Positions 53,219 through 64,000 of a DNA stretch of 64,000 nt are shown here, piece after piece (the stretch's first letter is position 1; every line of letters starts with the position of its first letter). The notes under the pieces are model-generated. The model searched no databases, was not told where the DNA came from, and saw nothing but the letters and a program-made list of their open reading frames with translations. The translations under genes and the position numbers were made by a program. Origin of the DNA: Laetmonice hystrix (Eukaryota); contig OZ249445.1 of the NCBI GenBank assembly GCA_965235115.1, forward strand, positions 7,874,001-7,938,000, in the 5' to 3' direction.

Positions 53219-54544
53219 TACGCCCCAAGGTTTGGGAGGGCTTGATGCATTATAACAGTCACTATGTCCCAAAGTTGGGGAGGACTTGATGCACTATAAC
53301 AGTCATTATGTCCCAAGGTTTGGGAGGACTTGATGCGCTATAACAGTCATTATGTCCCAAGGTTTGGGAGGACTTGATGCACTATAACAGTCATTATGTC
53401 CCAAGGTTTGGGAGGACTTGATGCACTATAACAGTCATTATGTCCCAAGGTTTGGGAGGACTTGATGCATTATAACAGTCATTATGTCCCAAGGTTTGGG
53501 AGGACTTCATGCATTATAACAGTCACTATGTCCCAAAGTTGGGGAGGACTTGATGCACTATAACAGTCATTATGTCCCAAGGTTTGGGAGGACTTGATGC
53601 GCTATAACAGTCATTATGTCCCAAGGTTTGGGAGGACTTGATGCACTATAACAGTCATTATGTCCCAAGGTTTGGGAGGACTTGATGCACTATAACAGTC
53701 ATTATGTCCCAAGGTTTGGGAGGACTTGATGCATTATAACAGTCATTATGTCCCAAGGTTTGGGAGGACTTGATGCACTATAACAGTCATTATGTCCCAA
53801 GGTTTGGGAGGACTTGATGCACTATAACAGTCATTATGTCCCAAGGTTTGGGAGGACTTGATGCACTATAACAGTCATTATGTCCCAAGGTTTGGGAGGA
53901 CTTGATGCACTATAACAGTCATTATGTCCCAAGGTTTGGGAGGACTTGACGCACTATAACAGTCATTATGTCCCAAGGTTTGAGAGGACTTCATGCATTA
54001 TAACAGTCACTATGTCCCAAAGTTTGGGAGGACTTGATGCACTATAACAGTCATTATGTCCCAAGGTTTGGGAGGACTTGATGCACTATAACAGTCATTA
54101 TGTCCCAAGGTTTGGGAGGACTTGATGCACTATAACAGTCATTATGCCCCAAGGTTTGGGAGGACTTCATGCACTATAACAGTCATTATGTCCCAAGGTT
54201 TGGGAGGACTTCATGCACTATAACAGTCATTATGTCCCAAGGTTTGGGAGGACTTCATGCACTATAACAGTCATTATGTCCCAAGGTTTGGGAGGACTTC
54301 ATGCACTATAACAGTCATTATGTCCCAAGGTTTGGGAGGACTTCATGCACTATAACAGTCATTATGTCCCAAGGTTTGGGAGGACTTCATGCACTATAAC
54401 AGTCATTATGTCCCAAGGTTTGGGAGGACTTGATGCAGTATAACAGTCATTATGTCCCAAGGTTTGGGAGGACTTGATGCAGTATAACAGTCATTATGTC
54501 CCAAGGTTTGGGAGGACTTTATGCACTATAACAGTCATTATGTC
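53219..54544. repeat. 44-bp minisatellite (TATGTCCCAAGGTTTGGGAGGACTTGATGCACTATAACAGTCAT), about 30 copies
   Basis: Units start at 53263 + 44n up to 54495. They are head-to-tail with no spacers, and each has the small hairpin TCCCAA-GGT-TTGGGA. Confidence 0.98.
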
Positions 54545-56579
54545 GGTTTTCTTTAGACAAGTTCTCATTATGTGTTTGCAGGGCAGGATCCTGTGGTCGA
54601 GGCTGAAGACGGGAGGTGTATCCCGGGAGAAGATTACCTGACGATCCGTGAACCTATCATCAAAGAAAAGGTTACCTGATACCTAAACTATCATACCCTG
54701 TTCTTATGGAATGCTGCCGTTAAGGACATTAATCTGGATGAATGACTCCACCTTCAAAGGTGTCAGACACTCTCCTTGCTTAATAATGAGTCTTTGAACT
54801 TTCATCAAACACAAAGGACGTACGATGACGTTTTATGTGATTATAAATGGCTCGGTGAGATTAAAATTGAGGCATTGGTGCGGAAGTGGAAAGTACGAGC
54901 TGAAGCTTATGACCAGCCAACTTGTTCGTTATTGAGAATGATTATCCGGCCAAGCTACGATACAATGTGGCCTAAACCTCTATACTTCTATACCGGCCTA
55001 ATTGATAACGCACTGCCATAGCAGCCTCGGTATAAATGAACATGCTATAAAATTTACATTACGTCTTCAGAGGTTTCTATGGAGCACCCCCATCCTTAAT
55101 ACGTGAAGTTATTGTATCCGCATACAATTACGTACCATATCACCTCCTTCAACTGTTATTACGATTTTACTGTTTTATCTCCCCCACATTAGTTGCCCGA
55201 GTGTAGTCGGAGAATGTCGTTAATGTATAAATAGATAAGAACAAGGACAGCCTTATAAAATATTGTTAAGTTTACTTTTCGCTGCTCATAATGTCTGTGT
55301 TGGGTTCTGCTCCGTGAACCAGCCATGGAGTGAAATTCTAGCTACCTACTGCATTATAAACACACAAGGCAGCTTTCAATGGTCTATTTTTGATGTGGAT
55401 CATTTAGGTGCAACGACTGATGACATCAGTGAGGGTAGGAATTAGTTTTCGGTTTCAAAGGCTCTGTCTACCTTTTTGTTCACCATTCACAGGCTGCTAT
55501 AACGTACTGAATGATGGCCTTTGGAACGCCTGTGAGTTTTATGCATTCACCCTGATGATTTCTACGCATTGCTCCTAACCTATAATTAAATTTGGTTGGT
55601 GTTCTATACAACTGATGAAACCCGATGCACACCTCACCAGTTTACACGGAACTTTATTTTGAGGATCAGCCTTACTTAATCGAAAGAATTATTGTTACAA
55701 CACGTGCTTTATTTTTAGGATTTTTGTTATACGCGCTCTGTTGGTTGACAAATTATTTTTAAAGACAACTTCATGAATGTAATAAATAACCGCAAATGGC
55801 AAGGGATGATGGGATTGATACGGACTGGCACCGGTGGGCTTCATTTAGTCAGTCAGGAAACTTGAATTATGTGGACGGATAGGGAGGGTGAGTGCGGGTG
55901 TGGTCGGCCTCACGCTCGTTCTTCTCCAACAAGACAACTTTTGTAACCCGCAGCTATTAGCATGCTGCTAGCAACCCTCCATGAATAGGCACAACTAATG
56001 CGTTCGTACCAAAGGACCATTGTCTATGACAGGGAGGCCCCTGTTGTATGTATGTTCAAAGTGTTCCCTCTCCTTAGTTAAATACCTATGACAGCGATGG
56101 GGCTTAGAGTGCATCTGCAAGGTGGTTCTCCTAATTAGATCTATCTCGGCCCGGGTTGGGGCCTTGTAACATTATGCAAACTGTTCCCCTAACATGGTAT
56201 CACGACTACATCAGGGCTGCGTCTCTGAAGCCGGGACTGAGACACGAACTACACATGCAAAGTTAAGTATTCTCTTAATTATATTTAATGAACAGTCTAG
56301 GAATTAAGCAAAACAGCGTGTGAAAACGCGTACGAAGGGATTTCAAAACAAGCTTTTAAAAATTGTTTATTTTTACTTTAAAACCCGGGGAGGGGATATG
56401 GAATGTTACCCGCAAGATCCCGTTCTCCCGGACATTTTGCATAAGCATGCTTGATGTTTCAGACTAATCTGAAGAAGTGCTAGTAGTTGGTAAAAGAGGA
56501 ATTAAAATACCAGGAAATTCATGTTTATTTTTGTACTAGGCGTCATATATATGTATTTTGCAGTCAGTGCGAGAGACCT

Positions 56580-56735
56580 GGGCCCGATTTCTCGAACATA
56601 CTTAAGTATACTTAAGTCTAAGTTTCACTCAAATCTACTCAAAAGAACGCTTTTAGCCAATGTAAATCCTCCATTTCCTGAGTTGAGTAAAGTTGAGTGA
56701 AACTCAGACTTAAGTATTTTCGAGAAACCGGGCCC
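56580..56735. mobile_element. MITE, 156 bp, with PIF/Harbinger-like GGGCCC ends
   Basis: Imperfect inverted repeats of about 50 bp: GGGCCCGATTTCTCGAACATACTTAAGT...AGTTTCACTCAA versus TTGAGTGAAACTCAGACTTAAGTATTTTCGAGAAACCGGGCCC. Possible 3-bp target duplication CTG/CTA if the ends are GGCCC/GGGCC. The superfamily is inferred. Confidence 0.85.
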
Positions 56736-58837
56736 TAATCGGACAAATTCCAAAGATTAATTAGACTCTGCGGGGGCTAATTGTCCAATCAAAATCCATT
56801 GAAAAATTTATTTCTGACCTGACTTTATGAGGAGAAAATCACATGGTGCCCGTTGTTAATCCACTGAAACGAACACCAACCACTGCTATAAATTTACCTT
56901 GTACTTTCCTTCGACCTTCATGTATAAAAAAAGATACGCGATATAATAAAACCGAAGCACGTCTCATGTCTCATCGCCTTTGCCCTGGCCTACTTTTGAT
57001 AAATCCCATAAGGCTAAGTCAAAGCATTGCATGTATCAAATATTAAAGTTGCCGCAAGAGTTACGGCGGGGGTCGGTACGGAGCCAGGGCGTCCTGGGCC
57101 AGGTAAATCTGGCGTGGCTGCGTGCTGCCGTCCCATTCAGCTACCATCTGGGCTGCGTCAAACACGGTTCCCATCGTACTATATCATTTCTAGTCGGCGT
57201 GAGGAGCATTTTTACGATAGAATCCCGTCAGAACAGCCCTTTCTGGGTGCAAAATTTGATTTAAGCATTCATTACAGCGGCTAACTGGTAATTATTTCTA
57301 CCAGCCTTGATAGAATTACTGAAAACTGGTAGACAAGAAACGGATTAGCCACGTGGCAGGAATGCCTAATATTGTTTTGTGGAGGAACTGGCATGTATTG
57401 TAAGCCACAGAGGTGACACAACTGTCTGCCACCCATGACATCAACGCATACAGCTACCGTATAGCGGTCTCCGTCTGGTCATGATCCCAAACACACAGCA
57501 GGGGATTCGACATGTTCAATTTATCTACATGTACATGTATCAAGTACATCATTCATTTGATACATGGTTATAAAAAAGAAATATAATGACATTAAATCTC
57601 TTTAATCTACATGTACGTTCTTTGGTAACCACAGTGAAGCAAGGCCATATTCTCGAGCCAAAGGAGACGTTAAAAATGGCAATAAACCATTATGATCATA
57701 CTCTAAAGATGAGAGGAATTAGAAACGGCTTTGAATTCTTACATTAGTTTCACCTGTCTCGGAAAAAAAGTACGTATGCCGTGTATAGATTCGATGTGCG
57801 GGCCGACGTAAAATCTCCAATAAATATAAAAGAGCAAGACCTAAAGTAGAAAAATGCACCGAATGACCCTTTCGACTCCGAACAAGAAGGAGGGACCTCG
57901 CTAATACTAGCCTAAACTGGACCAACTACATTTCTTCGCTGCCACAGCTAAAGGCATGGATGCCAACATATCGGAGCCGCTCCATGAGGACACTAATATA
58001 TCTTCCCTGGGATTCATAATGAACATTGACATAAATGGCACACGTCTGTAATACGCCATTAAAGTTTCAGGCAGGAGGAGTACGCTGCTTTCAAAATGTG
58101 CTTCGTTGAAACATCTAGAGAACTGAAGTGGCCGTTATAAAATTACCGAATGGAAAAGTCTACAGCGTATAGCCGTACAGGATTGGATATACTTGCAAGG
58201 AAAACGCCTCGTTCCAGTGTACCACACAGCGTTTGGTTCATTCAAGTGTTTTAGCACATTTTCTCTGTGATGATACTGATTGTGAAAATGGTATATAACA
58301 TTTGATGCGCTTTGGGGTCAATTCATTCTTCACCGTTGTAATATGACAAAGCCACATGGCAAGTCTGTCTATAACGTTTTGTGAGAATTAGTCTCGATTC
58401 AGGCCCGAAGATTCAACAAAGTAATAGTGAGTTGTACGTAAAACTTATGCCTTTTGAATGTGTTATTTTTGTTCGTGATATCCTAACTATGGAGTTAATC
58501 ATGGTCCGCTAATATTGATCAGGATCACAGAACAATGTGTGATTGTACTGATGACCTTTGGGGAACCAGTATTGACCCCTGATCATTATGTAGCGTTTCT
58601 CCACGTAGTTCTGAGGTGGGGTGATCTCTACAAACGTTTATCATTGTCACAGTGGCAGGCTCCAAGCCCGGCTCACAGTCGCCTACCTCCCACGCCCTCG
58701 GCCAACAGTTTGAATCTCTGCCAACTGCTTAACAACTGGCACAGAGTTTATTTGAACTGATAGGCCAACAATAAATAAATACTAAGCTGCTAATATCACA
58801 TGGTTCAACGACAGCAAATTGTTGACGCCATGTGACT

Positions 58838-59015
58838 CAGGGCCGTAATTCCCGGGGGGCTTAGGGGCTTAACCCCCCTCCGAATATTTTCGGTGATGCC
58901 TAATAATTAGCCTATTTTACTACGGGGAACCTTAAACTCTGTTCGAATAGCCCCCTCAATAATTCAATGGAAATTATCTAGCCCCCTCAACAATTTGATG
59001 GAAATTACGGGCCTG
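58838..59015. mobile_element. MITE, 178 bp, with hAT-like CAGG termini
   Basis: Termini CAGGGCCGTAATTCC ... GAAATTACGGGCCTG match at 13/15. There is an internal 31-bp tandem duplication (58948-59009). No convincing 8-bp target duplication. Confidence 0.75.
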
Positions 59016-62000
59016 CAGACTGGAAGCCAAACAGTGCAACGAGTCACGAGTATTCGCTTCATGGCTTCCCATAGTTTACGTCTCAAAAAGTGAATTTCAC
59101 TGGTTACACATAAACACATTTACACAGTGCGTTAAGTGTGCCCATCACGTAAACAGGACCTGACTTCCGTGTTTTTATAGCTAAGAGGCATGCGGTGCAG
59201 TTGATATAAAACGTATTCTACTCGTTTACCATCACTTACGTTCGTTAAGGATTTCCGCGAGGAAGGCGGTCATTTGTGTTGGCGCACCGACTTGAGTTTT
59301 ACAGCTGGTGGAACAGTGACTGCGCTGGGTAATCTTTGCTCCGCTCGTAATTAATGGAACCTTCACGAAACACACGGTGCAATCGACCCAAGTTTTATGT
59401 CGTTAGTGTGGAGTAAATTCATCGATTCATTTTCCGTTTCTTTAACAGGCAATGAAGGCGCTTTGAAGATGGCTGCAGTCACGCGATATCAACACGGTGC
59501 GGACTCATGACGGGGGCATTGTCGTCTGCTGCGGAATCGCCGTCAGACTGAGCCTTCCGACACTTCTTGTTCGCCGTTTTTGGTCTCAAGTCCATCAAGG
59601 GTCATTACATGCCTGCAACTCCCAGAACTGTGAAATGAGCCAAGTGTAGTGACGATGGCAAAGGGAGACACATTCTATGCATGTCTAGCAGAGGATAGGT
59701 GACGACGATATATTTTCCGTCTACAGTACACCTAACCGACCACAGTAGAAATTTGTTTCATAGATCTACGCTAGCATTTTATGTTTAAACGGAGTGAGTG
59801 GGAGTTGCTTATTTTTCACGATTTACTTCTACTGCCTGTGATCATGTTTCTATTCTTCTTATAATTGCTGCTACTTTTATGATAGCGTTTTGATAGCAGC
59901 TACAACTGTCGTCAAGTTGTAACTTAGTCTATGATAATCATTACTAACAGTAATCTATCACAATAGATTTAGTATAACAAGAACACCATGGCTATAAGTT
60001 TCTAATCATCCAATATTGACACCGAATCCAACATCAGGGGAAGGATTTTGGTAATCATATCCAAATGCCGAGGAACGATTGCATCAATAGCAGCAAGAGC
60101 AACATGTTCACATAAACAACAACTTGCAGGCTTCGTGCTATACCTATGCCAAACACGTTTATTGGTGATCACCAATCATGCATCATAAATCTTATAGTCA
60201 CGCGCAAAAAGGGTGAAGCAACAGCCTGACAATGCATGTGGAGGACGCATGACGGATTGACTTTCCTTGGTAAACCCCTTGGCCTTGGAAATGTCAAAAT
60301 CAAACAAGATCTAGGACACCTAGGTCTGGAGAAGACCGACGTGAATTCTTCTCGAGCGTACTGACAATAGGAGCGGTTACCCATGGTCAATCAATGAATC
60401 ACCCAGCACGCTGTGTTGGAAGGTAAAGGTTAGTTGTCCGAGGCAGGCGCCCAGGTGGTGACAGAGTGTTGGTGGGAGACTAAGACTAGTTGTGACACCT
60501 CCAGTGTGGGCTAGACAGTATCAGATGGACACTAGAGACGTCAGCGTTTGGCAGCTACCATGTATCAATGGTATGACCTTCTCGCTGGCCGGAACACGAA
60601 CAGATTTATTCGACTCAGATATGCTTTCCCTCTTCATAAAGAGAACAGTGCTTTCATGGACAATCATTTGAGTCAGAGGGGTACTTCATTAACCTTGTCG
60701 ACAATGCCACAATGTCCTGTCTTTCGTATCCTTGAAGTCATCTACCCCAACGCTTTTAGCGTTAAACTCTATACGACAGCGTACCAGGATGTTTAAATGC
60801 GGAAGAAAGTATGTTATTGTTTGAGGCTGTATCTCTTATTTATAAGGCGTGGTCTAGCCCTGACGTTACATCTTTACAGAACTGAAAGTCCATACGACGT
60901 CTATTTCAGTATACTAAATCTATTAGTGTTCTTAATCTAATGAAGTTCCCTGGGTATATGCGCATTATGGAATTTCAGAGGAAATATGCATAAAAAATAT
61001 GAAATATTAATGACCTCAATAAGAATGAACGTCATTAGGCCTGCTTCAATGGGGATTCGCAACGTTTTGTCCTATAGACTGCCTCTGATGGGGGATCTAA
61101 TTGATGAAGGCGGTAAAAGCAGTTGGATGGATACAGCTCAACAAATCAGTTACTTATCTATCACTCCTCAGCTAAAAACACGTCGCTATATATTTTTCAC
61201 TGTAAAATGTAATTAACATGAGGACACAAGCGGCCACCATCACCTGCCCCCCGACAGTCGGCAAGACGCCAACTGAAGCAGAGATTCACGTTAACGTTAA
61301 TCTCCTGACACATCTTTAAGTGGATATAATTTAGTGTCTTTACTCCAACAATATTTGATTAATTCAAGGCGTCATCCATGTCCCTTTATCAAGTCTGAAG
61401 ACTGCTTGCAACCACTGAATCTCGCCTCGTGAATAAAGCTATAAGAACATCCAATCAGGTCCGTTTTAAGCAAGGATTACGAGGACAAATTATGAAGAAA
61501 GCGACGTCGTAATGGATACAACGCTCGCTCCTCATGTGTCATCGCTGAGGATATTTTGGATGAATCGAGTAAATACGATGAATAGACGTCATTATTATCA
61601 TTAAGCCGTCCGAGATTCGGGCGAGTGTGACGTCACCAGTTGTGATTGTCGGATCAGTTGCCATCTATCAGTCATATAAGTAGGCTATATAACCACTTCT
61701 AAAAGTACAACATACTCGATCGAAAGAAAAGTTACATCCACGCAAATGATTGACAAAGAAGACACCTCCGTTCTCTCGTTTCAACTCCCTCCCTTTACTT
61801 TGGGAGTTTAGCGATCAATAACTTTGACTCCCATTATGTACTGTGATAATGAAAGAGGACAATATCAGTTGACATGTTGATGATCGAGTCATCATCTTAT
61901 TGACATGAGAACGCTGGCGTTGCTCTCAGTCTCTTCATAGAGGACAAGCATTTCAACGTTTGGTGAAGTGAAAATCATACTCGTAAGTCCTGATGATTAT

Positions 62001-62066
62001 TGTTCAGACAGTGCTGCCATGTGCAAGTGGTGCTACAAGGGGTTATCGGGTAGGAGGAGGGCACTG

Positions 62067-62224
62067 CCCTCCCAGGAGAGACTGTAGTATCTGCAATATT
62101 GTAAAATTTAGTAAATCTACCCTAAAGTTTATCCCTCAACTTTATTAAAGTATTTGAACGACTTGAGTAGTTATGGCATATAAATTTCACAATTTTGCAG
62201 ATACTGCAGTCTCTCCTGGGAGGG
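62067..62224. mobile_element. Foldback / MITE-like element with 44-bp inverted repeats
   Basis: CCCTCCCAGGAGAGACTGTAGTATCTGCAATATTGTAAAATTTA versus the reverse complement of the right arm, 41/44 identical. AT-rich 70-bp core. Confidence 0.85.
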
Positions 62225-63097
62225 TAGGACAGGTTATGATACATCAAATGGGAGACTTTCCGTTGTCGTATCACAGCCAGCCTGATGTGCGATGATTGAG
62301 AAAAAGTAGTACGAGGCGCCAAAAAGATAAAGAAAATGGGGTTATGGAGGTTGATGCTTGGGCGTTGGAATACATAACGACCTCTTCGCTTAAAAAGGGT
62401 GGGTTACATCCCCCTTTTACGACTTCTATCCATGTCCATGCATACAACATTGGTTATCGGGTGCTCACGCCCCAGATTCCAATATGTGCATGTTCGCCAA
62501 GGGTGCACGTCCTGCGGGGCCGGACCACCGACCGGCCCCCCAGCCGTGCCGGGCGATCGATGCCAACTGAGGCCGTTGTAACCTGCCCCTCATCCCTCCG
62601 GTCGGCTGGTTCTCCAGGGGGTCGGTGGGGGCAGGTTAATGGTAGGTGTAATGTATCGATGCCTGATGAATGACCCTCATGTCGGCTAATTTGCCGGCAC
62701 CGTCCGGGGTCCCTCGCCCGCCGCCGGTGCTGTAATTGCCGCCGGTGTAGAGCCGCCAGCCGCCCGGTACGACCGTTACGTGTTGCCATAAATGAGCCTC
62801 TCCTGGATACAATAGATGTGACATCGTTCCCGCTCAACGAGATGTTTAAATCTCTACCTTATTTTTCCCTGAATGTACTGACAGGTCGTATATGTAAATA
62901 CCCACCTAGGGACTCGGAAGGGAACACGGCGCGGCCCCTATTCTTACTCACACTGAACGTAAATGTCGAGCCCAGATAATTAGTGCCCTTAACGAGACGC
63001 CACCTGACTGAGTGGAGGGTCGGAGTAGTCGGCAAGAAGTATGTCTCTCCTTGGACAACCTCATCAACGAGAACATAGGCATTACTTGAAATCAATG

Positions 63098-63564
63098 CAT
63101 TCACAGTCATCCTTGTTATGTCTCCCAACCAACCATTCACAGTCATCCTTGTTATGTCTCCCAACCAACCATTCACAGTCATCCTTGGTATGTCTCCCAA
63201 CCAACCATTCACAGTCATCCTTGGTATGTCTCCCAACCAACCATTCACAGTCATCCTTGTTATGTCTCCCAACCAACCATTCACAGTCATCTTTGTAATG
63301 TCTCCCTACCAACCATTCACAGTCATCCTTGTTATGTCTCCCAACCAACCATTCACAGTCATCCTTGTTATGTCTCCCAACCAACCATTCACAGTCATCC
63401 TTGTTATGTCTCCTAACCAACCATTCACAGTCATCTTTGTAATGTCTCCCTACCAACCATTCACAGTCATCCTTGTTATGTCTCTCAACCAACCATTCAC
63501 AGTCATCCTTGTTATGTCTCCCAACCAACCATTCACAGTCATCCTTGTTATGTCTCCCAACCAA
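63098..63564. repeat. 36-bp minisatellite (CATTCACAGTCATCCTTGTTATGTCTCCCAACCAAC), 13 copies
   Basis: Units start at 63098 + 36n. The array explains the repetitive ORFs 63041-63663 and 62859-63564. Confidence 0.98.
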
Positions 63565-64000
63565 TCTACCTCAAGAGAAAACATCTGTTACGCAGATGGG
63601 GGTATGGAGGAGGAAGAAATGTTAAAAACATTAATTATATACGGAACCGCCATTTCTATGTAATTACCCGTATAAATAAAAGCGCCGAGAGCCCCCTGGT
63701 CGATGGTTTCGGAGCTGACAGCGTCTCCAGTAGAGGCCTGCTCATGCAAGCCGAGGGCCAACTATATGGAGGGTTCTTCATTGCGGGTTCGAACCTTCCC
63801 GCCCACAGTGCTGGCGACTGGGTTTCAAAGGCTACATGACTGTGTCGACGCAGTGTTCTGTACGTATTTAACAACCCTTGTCAGGTATCAAAGACGGCAG
63901 TGGATCATGCCCCCGTGGGTAGGTTTATTTCTGATGTCATCCTTATCACCACCCCCATGAAATGGACCGAGGAGGACAAGTTGAAATACAAATTCTTGAG

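Noticed and set aside
53219-54544. CRISPR array (regular repeats with an internal hairpin)
   Set aside because: Units are head-to-tail with no unique spacers, no cas genes are present, and the context is eukaryotic.
54603-54630. Hammerhead-like CTGAAGA followed by a perfect 5-bp stem
   Set aside because: It lacks the downstream GAAA and stems I and III.
60548-61216. Gypsy-like words (FRILEVIYPNAF; YRLPLMGDLIDEGGKS)
   Set aside because: Suggestive, but integrase C-terminus precedes RT, the wrong order for one element, and each match is under 25 aa.
62859-63663. Repeat proteins such as (SPNQPFTVILVM)n and (HNKDDCEWLVGR)n
   Set aside because: These are stop-free readings of a 36-bp minisatellite, open on both strands in several frames, with no supporting splice or start context.
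63690-63840. tRNA or tRNA-derived SINE (B-box-like GGTTCGAACC at 63786-63795)
   Set aside because: No cloverleaf and no properly spaced A box on either strand.

Overview
This window looks like animal (invertebrate-like) nuclear DNA, inferred from spliceosomal splice signals, very low coding density, no operons and many minisatellites. The species cannot be named from sequence alone. The one secure gene is a minus-strand ORF at 38467-39717. It encodes a 416-aa protein with a signal peptide, an LRRNT cap, about 13 typical-class LRRs and an LRRCT cap, and a 3' splice site sits 27 nt upstream of its ATG. Two minus-strand segments (120-591 and 8857-9025) look like coding exons of an unidentified, beta-strand-rich protein. 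There is a frameshifted Ty3/Gypsy pol relic (about 28100-29110), five short inverted-repeat (MITE-like) elements and one two-copy interspersed repeat starting at TTAA. About ten tandem arrays (units 21-47 bp), microsatellites and a motif-rich promoter candidate near 47.8 kb complete the picture. Most ORFs in the supplied track are chance ORFs or stop-free readings of tandem repeats. I found no CRISPR array, rRNA, tRNA or convincing novel multi-gene system. The best leads are the unidentified exons, a possible spliced extension or nested position of the LRR gene, and three minisatellites that share a core motif. All homology calls are by-eye motif recognition; no database search was run.
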